DNA of 64,000 bases from Acholeplasmataceae bacterium (GTDB lineage: Bacteria; Bacillota_I; Bacilli_A; Acholeplasmatales; Acholeplasmataceae): the NCBI GenBank assembly GCA_963675245.1, contig OY775910.1, forward strand, positions 224,001 to 288,000, read 5' to 3'. The translations under genes were made by a program, and so were the position numbers. This document shows, one piece after another, positions 19,898-29,098 of the stretch (position 1 is the first letter of the stretch; every line of letters starts with the position of its first letter). The notes below the pieces were generated by a model. It was given only the letters and a program-made list of their open reading frames with translations. It was not told the origin of the DNA and did not search any database.

Positions 19898-21994
19898 CTA
19901 AAATTCAGTCGAAATTGGTAGCGTTGCTTCCCATAACCTTTGCATATTTTTATATGTGATGATAATCGTTCCTAATTGATCTGTTCGATAAGTGATAATG
20001 TGATGATATAAGAGTGAATTTATGGTTTCTTGATGAGGAAAATCGAAACGATTGTGTCTACCGGCAAAGATGATCGCATAACTGGGTTGGACATATTCAA
20101 TAAACGTCGATGATGTGGATGTCGTTGATCCATGATGTGCAATTTTTAAAATATCACTTTTTAAGTCATGGCCATAATAAGCAATTAAGTCTTGTTCCAC
20201 TTCTTTATGAATATCACCTGTGAATAAATACACATCTTCTTCAATGGTCACTTGAATGACTAAACTATTTAGATTGGCTTCATCATAAGGATGATGTTGT
20301 CCTAAGATATGAAATGATAAATTACCACAAGATAAATATTGATCTGGTTTGGCTTTAATCACTTGTGTTGGATAGTCCTCATAACCATCATCATATGGAT
20401 TGATGACGATACGATCTGCACCTATTTGATGAACGATCTGTGATGCTTCCTTTGTATGATCACTATCGCTATGCGTTAAAAACAAGATGTCTAATTGATT
20501 AATGCCTTGATGTTTTAGAAAATCTGTTGATCCAGAAAAACTATCTATCATCACCTGACATGATCTTGTTTCAATATATGTCGTATCACCTTGTCCAACA
20601 TCTAAAAAATAGACACTCGCATCATTCATATATCTATTCGTTACTAATTTAAAACCAAATAAAGCTGATATCAACGTTAAACGAATGAGCAATTGATATC
20701 TTTTGTAAGCGAATAAAAGATAAATGAACAACGTATAATAAAGTAAAATTTGCCACTGATCAAGAGATGGTAAATAGTATGTTAGATGCGTTGAATTGAT
20801 GATGTCAACAATACGTGTTAAACCATTTAATAACAACCCCATTAAATCATCTAATCTCGTTGTAAAGAAGGCGACAAAAGAAAGCGGATAAACAATACCT
20901 GTCACGTAAATAATTAACAATGGAAGACATATCATAATTAACGGATTAACTAAACCCGTAAATGGTAAACATGCTAAAACAATTAAAAATGACATGACAA
21001 TACGTTTGACATATCCTTGATATGACTGATATCTATCTCTCGCAAGTTCTAGTGTCAATAAGATGATGTTGGTCATTAAAAACCCTATACTATATACCCA
21101 CTGAAAACTGATGATAATCATGATAAAGCCAATAATAAATATCCGATCAAGTGGTGTCAATCTGAGTCTAAATCGTTTATTTATCACATTAAATATTTGG
21201 CTAAACAACAATCTAGTAACACCTATAGCAAACCCATTTAAATAGCATAACAATCCATAAATACTTATGATGACACTCTGTTGAGTATTCTCACCAAAAT
21301 CAAAATAGAACATGATTTTTTTAATTAATAAAACAAGAACATAAGCATGCAAACCTGTTGTTTGACATAAGAAAAGGAGATTTGCCTCTCTAAAAGGATC
21401 ACTTAATTCATCTTCTAGTTGATCTTTACCAAAAATAAATGAATTAACAAACGATTGATGAATGGTCTTCGTATGATCCATTAACCTTTCTCTTAAAGAA
21501 AATATACTAAATTCATGCCTTACAAATGATAAAGATTTGACATTTATTTTACCTATAACATTTTGACTTAAATAATAGCTATTCGCATTAAATCCATTAG
21601 GGATTGTTACTTTTTCATACGTATCGATATCACCATTGACATAAATGATATCCCCTAGTTGAATCTCATCATCATAGACATATACATGATATCGATGTGT
21701 CTTATAACGAATCGTTAGTCTTGAACTTGTTTCATAACGATCGATATCTACAACTTTCACAGAATCATTGATATATGTGATTTGTTGATGACTAGAAAAC
21801 AGAAAATATCTACTTAGTAATAATACGACGATTACAGCAAATAGTTGCCATCTCATAGTTTTTCTTTGCCAATAAACATAACCACACAATATCAATAAAC
21901 AAAACGGTACTGAAAAACTAATGATCATTAAACCAATAGCAATCCCCTCAATGTATAGATCATGATACCGTAAGGTAAGCTTTGATTTGTTCAA
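19898..21994 (-). CDS. comEC: ComEC/Rec2 DNA uptake channel with metallo-beta-lactamase domain
   Basis: OB-like region (PNGFNANSYY), multiple TM segments with TGLH, C-terminal DVGQGD, THSDSDH, TGD, HHGS, RTDQLG. Confidence 0.9.
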   Translation of the reverse strand: MNKSKLTLRYHDLYIEGIAIGLMIISFSVPFCLLILCGYVYWQRKTMRWQLFAVIVVLLLSRYFLFSSHQQITYINDSVKVVDIDRYETSSRLTIRYKTHRYHVYVYDDEIQLGDIIYVNGDIDTYEKVTIPNGFNANSYYLSQNVIGKINVKSLSFVRHEFSIFSLRERLMDHTKTIHQSFVNSFIFGKDQLEDELSDPFREANLLFLCQTTGLHAYVLVLLIKKIMFYFDFGENTQQSVIISIYGLLCYLNGFAIGVTRLLFSQIFNVINKRFRLRLTPLDRIFIIGFIMIIISFQWVYSIGFLMTNIILLTLELARDRYQSYQGYVKRIVMSFLIVLACLPFTGLVNPLIMICLPLLIIYVTGIVYPLSFVAFFTTRLDDLMGLLLNGLTRIVDIINSTHLTYYLPSLDQWQILLYYTLFIYLLFAYKRYQLLIRLTLISALFGFKLVTNRYMNDASVYFLDVGQGDTTYIETRSCQVMIDSFSGSTDFLKHQGINQLDILFLTHSDSDHTKEASQIVHQIGADRIVINPYDDGYEDYPTQVIKAKPDQYLSCGNLSFHILGQHHPYDEANLNSLVIQVTIEEDVYLFTGDIHKEVEQDLIAYYGHDLKSDILKIAHHGSTTSTSSTFIEYVQPSYAIIFAGRHNRFDFPHQETINSLLYHHIITYRTDQLGTIIITYKNMQRLWEATLPISTEF

Positions 21995-22469
21995 GTGTAG
22001 CTGCTCCTATATATTTCACATTAATGAGCTCATCTAGTGATTGGAAATCACCATGTTCTTCTCTATACATGATTAAATAAGCCACCCGTGATTCAGACAT
22101 ATAAGGTACATTGAGTAATTCTGAAAAGCTAGCTTCATTCACATTGACTAATATATTTATAGGTTTAACTTCTTCATCATGACGGTTAATATTTAAGGTT
22201 GTGTTACTTGAAATCACTTGATGAAAGGGTATCGTTGCATCATCAGCGAGATCCGTTAATCCTTTTGACATCATAATCACATCACTTACAGTTACATCAT
22301 TAAAGAAACGAAACGTTTTTGGCATATTGACTTCTCCATTAACCATCACATCATATGACTCAATCGTGACTGGTCCTCGATAGACTTCTTCATCTATTGT
22401 CTGTGTCGGAAATGTAAAGTATACACCTACAATGATAGCCAACAATACAATTAACAATTTTTGTCTCAT
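21960..22469 (-). CDS. comEA: ComEA DNA receptor (SLBB + helix-hairpin-helix)
   Basis: N-terminal TM, V.GEV..P, VNVNEAS..EL..VPY, YREEHGDFQSLDELINVKYIG. Confidence 0.88.
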   Translation of the reverse strand: MRQKLLIVLLAIIVGVYFTFPTQTIDEEVYRGPVTIESYDVMVNGEVNMPKTFRFFNDVTVSDVIMMSKGLTDLADDATIPFHQVISSNTTLNINRHDEEVKPINILVNVNEASFSELLNVPYMSESRVAYLIMYREEHGDFQSLDELINVKYIGAATLEQIKAYLTVS

Positions 22470-22575
22470 ATTTATACCTCCGCATCATACTATGCAACAA
22501 CTGCCTAAAATACTAAAAAAAAACTTAATATTGATAACCTATCAACACTAAGTCTTAAATTTTGAATTTTTTTAT

Positions 22576-23163
22576 TTAATTTAACGTTTCAGAAGTAGAC
22601 ACGTTAATGATAATGGATGTATCAATCCAGTCATTACTTTCTAATGTCGTTCCCTGATAAAATGCAACTTGTAAAATATAATCCCCTGGTGGCATAATTT
22701 CTCTATCATTCACACCTTCAATTGTATAGAAGTATAAATAATTAAATTGAATTTCTTTTGTTAGAGTTTCTCCGCGATTAAGTGTAATTTCATCCACAGC
22801 AGGTTGTGAAAAAATGCCGTCAAATTGAGTATATAATCTGATTGAATGATCTGTTAATAATACAAATCTAGCTTGTATTACTGCAGCATCACCTTCATAA
22901 TGTGTGCTAGGTAAAGTAATTTCAAGATTGTTTTGAACAAATAATGATATATTAACAGTTACCAAATCTTCATTGCCTTGTATAGACAATTTATCTATAT
23001 TAACATTGAAGATGACATCATTTAATTCATCAATTGTTTCTTCTGCAGCATAAATCACTGGTTCATCGATAGTTGTGTCATTATTTGGTTCTTCATTATG
23101 TGTTGTATTACTACAACCTACTAATAGAAAGCACATCAAAAATAGTACGAATATTTTATACAT
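22576..23163 (-). CDS. lipoprotein with Ig-like domain resembling the BsuPI proteinase inhibitor
   Basis: ATG 23163 after GGAGG; LVGC lipobox; C-terminal FSQPAVDEITLNRGETL...MPPGDYILQVAF pattern. Confidence 0.6.
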   Translation of the reverse strand: MYKIFVLFLMCFLLVGCSNTTHNEEPNNDTTIDEPVIYAAEETIDELNDVIFNVNIDKLSIQGNEDLVTVNISLFVQNNLEITLPSTHYEGDAAVIQARFVLLTDHSIRLYTQFDGIFSQPAVDEITLNRGETLTKEIQFNYLYFYTIEGVNDREIMPPGDYILQVAFYQGTTLESNDWIDTSIIINVSTSETLN

Positions 23164-23165
23164 GA

Positions 23166-23889
23166 TTATTCCTCCATCCAAAAAAACGAAATTGACATAT
23201 ACATTGAAGAATTAATTTTATTTGTCATTTGAACACGTAATTTGGTTGTTATTCCCACTGGTATTTCATATTTAATGTATTCATGAATATTCATTGCCAT
23301 TAGTAACATCTTGAATGCTAATATTAATTACATCAACATAATTATCATCCGATAAATCGAAGGCTTGAAATAACTCCAATTCAGTAATAATAGAAGATTG
23401 AAAAACTCGTGCACCAGTTGCTATACCTTCAAATACTGTATTATTATATGTGGTTGGTTGTCCGACAATTATACTTGTAACAAGTGAAGGGTGATGTGCC
23501 TTACTTGGGAGAACTGACATAACATTTAAATAAGATAATTGCCCAGTAGCATCTGGCACAATTAAACTTGGTGTAGTAGGATTATATCTCAATCCCTCTG
23601 CCTCAATAATACCTATTCTTACACCAGTACCATCATAACCACCTAGTAATATATTTTTTAGTCCCGGAGATTGTGTAGTGCCATAACCAGCATTAATTTG
23701 ATTTGGAATTAAGTTTGTGGAACTTTTTAAAATTTTATTATTAAATTCAGTAATATTTACTGTTTTATCATCATAAACTACAGATAGAATTTCTTCTTTA
23801 TTTAATGACAAAATTAATGTTGCAGTATTAGGACTATTATATATTACATTTCCATTATCAATCCTGTGTTTTAATATAAATTCATTATA
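23166..23889 (-). pseudogene. S8 (subtilase) serine peptidase remnant
   Basis: GYDGTGVRIGIIE, HPSLVTSIIVG, GIATGARVF, VDVINIS. The frame stops (TGA 23281-23283) before the oxyanion Asn and catalytic Ser motifs. There is no credible start or signal peptide. A 44-codon tail in another frame ends at 23166. Confidence 0.7.
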
Positions 23890-24045
23890 TTACAACAAAT
23901 AAATAAAATCAAACTAACTTAAATTCTCTTAAAAAGCAAAAAATTGACGATGAATTAAGCAAAATCAAATAATTTTCTCATTTAAATCTATTTTTCAATA
24001 TTTAGCATAATAATTATGAAATGCAAAAAAGACGCTTCATGTGCC

Positions 24046-24846
24046 TTATTTATCAAAATCAATTGCTTTTAGTTTATCCATATCTTCATTTGTAATAACA
24101 AAATCAATATTTAAATTTTCTTCCATATGAGAAGGATTACTTGTTTTAGGTAATGTCACCAGTCCTAATTGTAATGTGTATTTAATAAATAATTGAGGAA
24201 CGGAGACTTTATATTGATCAGCAATCTTCTTGATCGCTTCATTGTGATTTTCTCTTCCCCTAGCAATCGGTGAATACGCTTCTACAACAATACCTTCTTT
24301 TTGACAGAATGCAATGAGTTCAAGTGGCGTATGACCAATATGAACTCTTATTTGATTGACCATAGGTTTAATCTCTGCATGTTCTATTAAATGTTTCAAA
24401 TCTTCAATTTCAAAGTTTGACACACCAATCGCTTTTAATTTACCTTGTTTATATGCATCTTCATAGGCACGCCACATCTTTAAGTTTTCATTAAAGTAAT
24501 GTTTGTTTTTACTCGCAAAAATTTGTGGTCTTGGCCAGTGAATGAGCATTAAATCGAAATAGTCTAAGCCTGAACGTTTCAGTGATTTTTCAATCGCTTT
24601 TACAGGATTTCTATATGTGAAAAAGCCTGGAAATATTTTACTTGTGACAAAGAGGTCTTCACGTGGCAAACCACATGATCTAATACCATCACCTACACCT
24701 TGTTCATTAAAATAAACCCGTGCTGAATCGAAATGCCTATATCCGACTTTAACTGCTTCTTGAACAGCTTCTGATGCCACACTGTTTTTGATGTTCCATG
24801 TACCTAATCCAATATTAGGAATGTCTTTTCCGTTGTTTAATTTCAT
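24046..24846 (-). CDS. aldo/keto reductase (2,5-DKG reductase-like)
   Basis: GLGTW, GYRHFDSARVYFNE, LFVTSK, LIHWP, IGVSNF, AYSPI, LPKT. Confidence 0.93.
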   Translation of the reverse strand: MKLNNGKDIPNIGLGTWNIKNSVASEAVQEAVKVGYRHFDSARVYFNEQGVGDGIRSCGLPREDLFVTSKIFPGFFTYRNPVKAIEKSLKRSGLDYFDLMLIHWPRPQIFASKNKHYFNENLKMWRAYEDAYKQGKLKAIGVSNFEIEDLKHLIEHAEIKPMVNQIRVHIGHTPLELIAFCQKEGIVVEAYSPIARGRENHNEAIKKIADQYKVSVPQLFIKYTLQLGLVTLPKTSNPSHMEENLNIDFVITNEDMDKLKAIDFDK

Positions 24847-25499
24847 ATTTTCTCACCTTTCTTAGCTATCACATACCACTTTCTAGAATCAACACCTTCT
24901 TCAATGAAGACATTAAATCCAAGTGATACTAATTGTTCCTTGATTATGTCTATAGGGTGAACATATTGTGTAATATGCTCGATTTGATGATTAAAAGAAA
25001 CTTCATGTTTAAATTTATGGTGATCAGATGTGATCTTCCAATGGTAAGGAATAGGATCATCACCAGATTCAATATACCCATCATATGTTTCTAAGACATC
25101 TTCTTTATAGCAATCAAACATATAAACACCACCTGTGTTTAAAGCTTGATACATACGTTTAAATAAACCTTTTGTCCCTTTAAAATAATTTACAACATCA
25201 AAAAAGCTCGTAATCACATCAACCTTCATCGTTAACGGATCTTTTAAATCATGAACAAATAAAGGTGCATAGAGTTGTTCTTCTTTTAGTTTTTCAAGTG
25301 CAATAGCCAACATCTCTTCATCTTTGTCAATACCATATGCATGTTCACCATGTCTTATGAGTTCCAACAAAAAATTACCAGAACCGCATCCAGCATCAAT
25401 GACGATCGGATGTTCTTTTGGTTTGTGCGCTTCATAAAATGCATAAATGAGTGAATAGTCGACATCTGCCATCAGCGCATCATAGAACTTGGCAAACAT
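24843..25499 (-). CDS. class I SAM-dependent methyltransferase (YqeM-like)
   Basis: FAKFYDALMADVDY, DAGCGSG, DVVNY; located after rsfS. Confidence 0.85.
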   Translation of the reverse strand: MFAKFYDALMADVDYSLIYAFYEAHKPKEHPIVIDAGCGSGNFLLELIRHGEHAYGIDKDEEMLAIALEKLKEEQLYAPLFVHDLKDPLTMKVDVITSFFDVVNYFKGTKGLFKRMYQALNTGGVYMFDCYKEDVLETYDGYIESGDDPIPYHWKITSDHHKFKHEVSFNHQIEHITQYVHPIDIIKEQLVSLGFNVFIEEGVDSRKWYVIAKKGEKI

Positions 25500-25813
25500 T
25501 ATTTAACGCGTTTAATATCAATTAAGCGTTTGTCAAAACCGAAATACTCACGCTCTTCTTCTGAAAATAAGTGAACGACGACACTATTGCAGTCAATTAA
25601 GACCCAGGTGCCACCTTTCCCTTCAATATGTCTTAATTCTTTTTCTCCGACTTCTTTCTTTAATCGGTTGACTGCAGCCGTTCCTTGACGCTCATTAACA
25701 GTCGCAATCACAAAATAATCATAAAAAGGTGATGTTTTTTCAAAATCATAAGCTTTTAAATCTTTAACTTTTAAATCTTCTAACGTTTCGATAATCTTAC
25801 TTAGTAGTGTCAT
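25499..25813 (-). CDS. rsfS: ribosome silencing factor
   Basis: DYFVIAT..NERQ, EG..WVLID..SVVVHLF..EEREYF. Confidence 0.88.
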   Translation of the reverse strand: MTLLSKIIETLEDLKVKDLKAYDFEKTSPFYDYFVIATVNERQGTAAVNRLKKEVGEKELRHIEGKGGTWVLIDCNSVVVHLFSEEEREYFGFDKRLIDIKRVK

Positions 25814-26378
25814 TTAATAACTCCTTATAATAGTCATAGGCGATGAGTGATGCATGGCTTGGTTCTAATCCTCTTTGATGAAGATCATCAATGCTTGTTT
25901 TCATACAATAAAGTACGGCTTGATTTAGATTACGACATGCTAACTCATAAATATAGTCTCGATCGTCAAATGGTCTTGACGGTTCACAAAAATCAGCAAC
26001 AAATAATATTTTTTCAGATGTTGTCATATGCGGCTTTCCCCAGACATGACATCTGACAGCTGATAATATGGCTTCATCATGACAATCCATGTTCTCTTCG
26101 ATAACGTGTGCTGCAGCATACGCGTGAAAGATGACTGGATGGTCTTTAAACTTACTTATAATATGTTCATCAATAGACTTAATTTGATCATTTAACGAAT
26201 CATATTTTGCATAATCATGCATAAGTCCAGCAATTTCTAGTGCATCAGGGTTCACATGATGGATGATGGCTAGCTTTCTAGCGGTCTCTGCCACACCATA
26301 GGAATGGACGAGGCGATTGGGATAATCTTTTAATTTTTCATCGATGAGCTTTTTAGCTCGTTCAATCATCTGTTTCAT
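25797..26378 (-). CDS. yqeK: bis(5'-nucleosyl)-tetraphosphatase YqeK (HD domain)
   Basis: RLVHSYGVAETA, GLMHDYAK, H..G, KILFVADFCEPSR. Confidence 0.88.
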   Translation of the reverse strand: MKQMIERAKKLIDEKLKDYPNRLVHSYGVAETARKLAIIHHVNPDALEIAGLMHDYAKYDSLNDQIKSIDEHIISKFKDHPVIFHAYAAAHVIEENMDCHDEAILSAVRCHVWGKPHMTTSEKILFVADFCEPSRPFDDRDYIYELACRNLNQAVLYCMKTSIDDLHQRGLEPSHASLIAYDYYKELLNDTTK

Positions 26379-27397
26379 GAAAATAACGCCTCAGATAAAC
26401 TGACATGTAACCCTTTAGGGTATGTGACTTTTACATGCGCGGGACCTTCAATATGAACAAACCCAAAATCGGCAAATGTGAGTTGTTGTTTCCCCTTGAA
26501 TAGTTTAAAGGTTTTTGTTTCATAGTCCGTCGCGTAAACACGTTGATCAAGCGTTTGTTCTTTCATTAAAATCATTAACTTCTCATCGTTTGTGCGATGA
26601 ATTTTGACGTGATCATTGACATAACAAACAACAGAAACATCTTTGTTGATAGATAAACCAATAAGTCCTTCAATCATCAAACCTTGATGAGCCTTTAATT
26701 GATAAATACTTGGTTTAAGTGGTTTACTGACAAGTAGTTTTTTATAAATATCATATGGGAATAGTTGATGAAGATAACCTTCTTGATATAAACCTGGCAT
26801 ATCATAAAGGGTTTGACGTGATGAAAGTTTCGCTTTTAACACATCTTGTGTCAGTCCAGCTTTATTCATCGCGAGCGCTTTTTCATCATGAACTAATGCT
26901 TTATAAATGGTTGTTTTACCCGCATTTTGAACACCTAATAGATAAACATCACGTGCTTTAAAAGATTCGATATACGCTTTTAAGTTTTCAATATCAGAGG
27001 GTTCTTTCGCTGACATTAAAATAATGTCTTCATAAGGGATATTCATCTCTTTTGCACGTGTCATAATACGTTTTAGTAATTGATCTAAATTCGTAGAGTC
27101 AGGTAGTAAATCCACTTGATTAATCATATATGTATATGTCACATCTGGTGCATAACGATGTAGTGGATAAAAGAATAACATATCGAGTGACATGACAGAA
27201 CAAACCATTAAAGCTAAGCTTTTTGGCTTTAAGGTAGGAAGTTCTTCAGGATGAACATGATCTTTAACTTCACCATAATGTGATAGTCTAAAACACGCCT
27301 GACAGAAATCTCTTGTTAAATCAGGTGTATATCCTACTTTTAATTCATCTTTATCTTGAAGGATTGCCCCACAGCCTTTACAATGTGCTATCGACAT
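26375..27397 (-). CDS. yqeH: ribosome biogenesis circularly permuted GTPase YqeH
   Basis: CKGCG..LQ and CQACFRLSHY zinc finger, GVQNAGKTT, DMPG. Confidence 0.88.
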   Translation of the reverse strand: MSIAHCKGCGAILQDKDELKVGYTPDLTRDFCQACFRLSHYGEVKDHVHPEELPTLKPKSLALMVCSVMSLDMLFFYPLHRYAPDVTYTYMINQVDLLPDSTNLDQLLKRIMTRAKEMNIPYEDIILMSAKEPSDIENLKAYIESFKARDVYLLGVQNAGKTTIYKALVHDEKALAMNKAGLTQDVLKAKLSSRQTLYDMPGLYQEGYLHQLFPYDIYKKLLVSKPLKPSIYQLKAHQGLMIEGLIGLSINKDVSVVCYVNDHVKIHRTNDEKLMILMKEQTLDQRVYATDYETKTFKLFKGKQQLTFADFGFVHIEGPAHVKVTYPKGLHVSLSEALFS

Positions 27398-27923
27398 AAT
27401 CCTTTAACCTTTCATTGTATAACGCACTATATTTTTTCTTGATTTTTCTTAAGACTCGTTTTTCAAGAAAACGATTCATTTTCGTCATCCATCGATCAGA
27501 TGTTCTTTTCACCGGTTTAACAAGAACGGTTAAACATCCAAAACGATGTCCGCCTAACATATCTGTCATCAATTGATCACCAATCAACGCGATCTGTTCA
27601 ATAGATGATTCCACTTTTTGTTGAGCTTTTTTTAAACCAAACTTAAATGGTTTTACCGCATGCCATACAAATGGATATTTCTTCGCAGCTGTCACCACTC
27701 TTTGATAACCGCTATTCGAAATAATAACAATTTTAAAATCTTCTAGTAAAGCACTTAAGAACTCACTTGTTTCACCAGATAATTCTTTTTTATCATAAGA
27801 AATTAAGGTGTTATCTAAGTCAAAAAACAAGGTACTTATCCCTTGTTCTTTTAGCATTTGATAATCGATTGCATATATTGATTTGAAATAATAATCTGGT
27901 ATACAGTGCTTTGCAAATGACAT
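27378..27923 (-). CDS. yqeG: YqeG-family HAD IIIA phosphatase
   Basis: DLDNTL, ISN, AVKP, IGDQLMTDMLGG. Confidence 0.92.
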   Translation of the reverse strand: MSFAKHCIPDYYFKSIYAIDYQMLKEQGISTLFFDLDNTLISYDKKELSGETSEFLSALLEDFKIVIISNSGYQRVVTAAKKYPFVWHAVKPFKFGLKKAQQKVESSIEQIALIGDQLMTDMLGGHRFGCLTVLVKPVKRTSDRWMTKMNRFLEKRVLRKIKKKYSALYNERLKDYVDSTL

Positions 27924-28396
27924 TAGCTGATTTCTAGGATCTCAATTTGAATCAAGCGACCAGTTTCAGTTTTCGCTTCTACCATATCACCCTCAGCATG
28001 GTTAAGCATTGCTTTACCAAGGGGTGATTCAGTTGAGATTTTGTTTGCTCTAGGATCTGCTTCAATAGAACCTACTAGATAGAAAACTTTTTCGTTTTTG
28101 TTATCTACAAATCTAACTTTAACTGTTTTCCCAATATTTACATTATCATCATTTGATGTTTTAATGACTTTAACATTTTTAATGATATTTTCAATTTCAG
28201 CAATTCTCGCTTCAATACGTGCTTGTTCATTTCTCGCTGCATCATAATCCGCGTTTTCTGACAAGTCACCTTGTGCTCTCGCTTCTTTTAACGCTTCAAG
28301 GTTTTCACCACGCTTGACATCTTTTAAATATGCCAACTCAGTTTTTAATTTATCAATACCTTCTTGTGTTAATTGATAGCTTTGTTTTTTTGCCAT
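27923..28396 (-). CDS. greA: transcription elongation factor GreA
   Basis: ARAQGDLSENADYDAAR, ISTESPLGKA. Confidence 0.97.
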   Translation of the reverse strand: MAKKQSYQLTQEGIDKLKTELAYLKDVKRGENLEALKEARAQGDLSENADYDAARNEQARIEARIAEIENIIKNVKVIKTSNDDNVNIGKTVKVRFVDNKNEKVFYLVGSIEADPRANKISTESPLGKAMLNHAEGDMVEAKTETGRLIQIEILEIS

Positions 28397-28438
28397 GTCA
28401 TACCTCCTAATGGTTCGATTCTTATTATAAACTATTTT

Positions 28439-29098
28439 TTAGATAATTACCACGTTTTTTAGCCTTTTTTGAATGGTTTTATGCCCTGGCATCAATTCAT
28501 CTAAAAGCGCATAAAAGCGTTTGGAATGATCAAATACTTTCGTATGCGCATATTCATGATAAAGCACATACGTTAAATAGATCGGATCAAGTGTTGCTAA
28601 TATCGTATTTAATGTGATATCGTGATGCTTTCTATGGTAACTACCAAACTTGGATTTTAAATATTTATACTTCACAGGAATAAGTTTAATTCCTTGATGA
28701 TTTAAGACTGGTTCAATTGTCTGTGAAAGCTCAATTGCTTTCTCTTTTAATTGATCTAGATAAATGCGCTTTTTAGCGATTTTTACATCTTGTCTTGTGT
28801 GGAGATAAACGATATCTTTATCCATATGAAATCTATAGTTTCCATCCATCACACGTAGCTCATAGGGTCTTCCCCACAATGTTATTTGATCATCTCTTTC
28901 TACCACATGTGCATGTAATAAGTGATAAAATCTGTCAAAATGAGTGGTTAAAAAAGATGTGATCAATGCTTTAGGATATCTTTTATTTGCAGTCACTGCT
29001 ACATAACCAGGTTTCACACGATAATAGGTGTGCTTATTGTTCTTATAGGTGACTTGATAGGGAAGTACTTGTCCATCCTTTTCAATAAACAATGTCAT
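28439..29098 (-). CDS. YgjP/DUF45-like zinc metallohydrolase
   Basis: LKSKFGS, YVLYHEYAH..HSKRFY...MP. Confidence 0.85.
   Translation of the reverse strand: MTLFIEKDGQVLPYQVTYKNNKHTYYRVKPGYVAVTANKRYPKALITSFLTTHFDRFYHLLHAHVVERDDQITLWGRPYELRVMDGNYRFHMDKDIVYLHTRQDVKIAKKRIYLDQLKEKAIELSQTIEPVLNHQGIKLIPVKYKYLKSKFGSYHRKHHDITLNTILATLDPIYLTYVLYHEYAHTKVFDHSKRFYALLDELMPGHKTIQKRLKNVVII

Noticed and set aside
23278..23283. Possible TGA=Trp read-through (genetic code 4) rescuing the S8 gene
   Set aside because: TGA is the stop of many intact genes here (cmk, mutL, alaS, gpmI), and an in-frame TAA follows two codons later.
22480..24045. AT-rich insert as a mobile element
   Set aside because: No transposase, integrase, terminal inverted repeats or target-site duplication could be seen.
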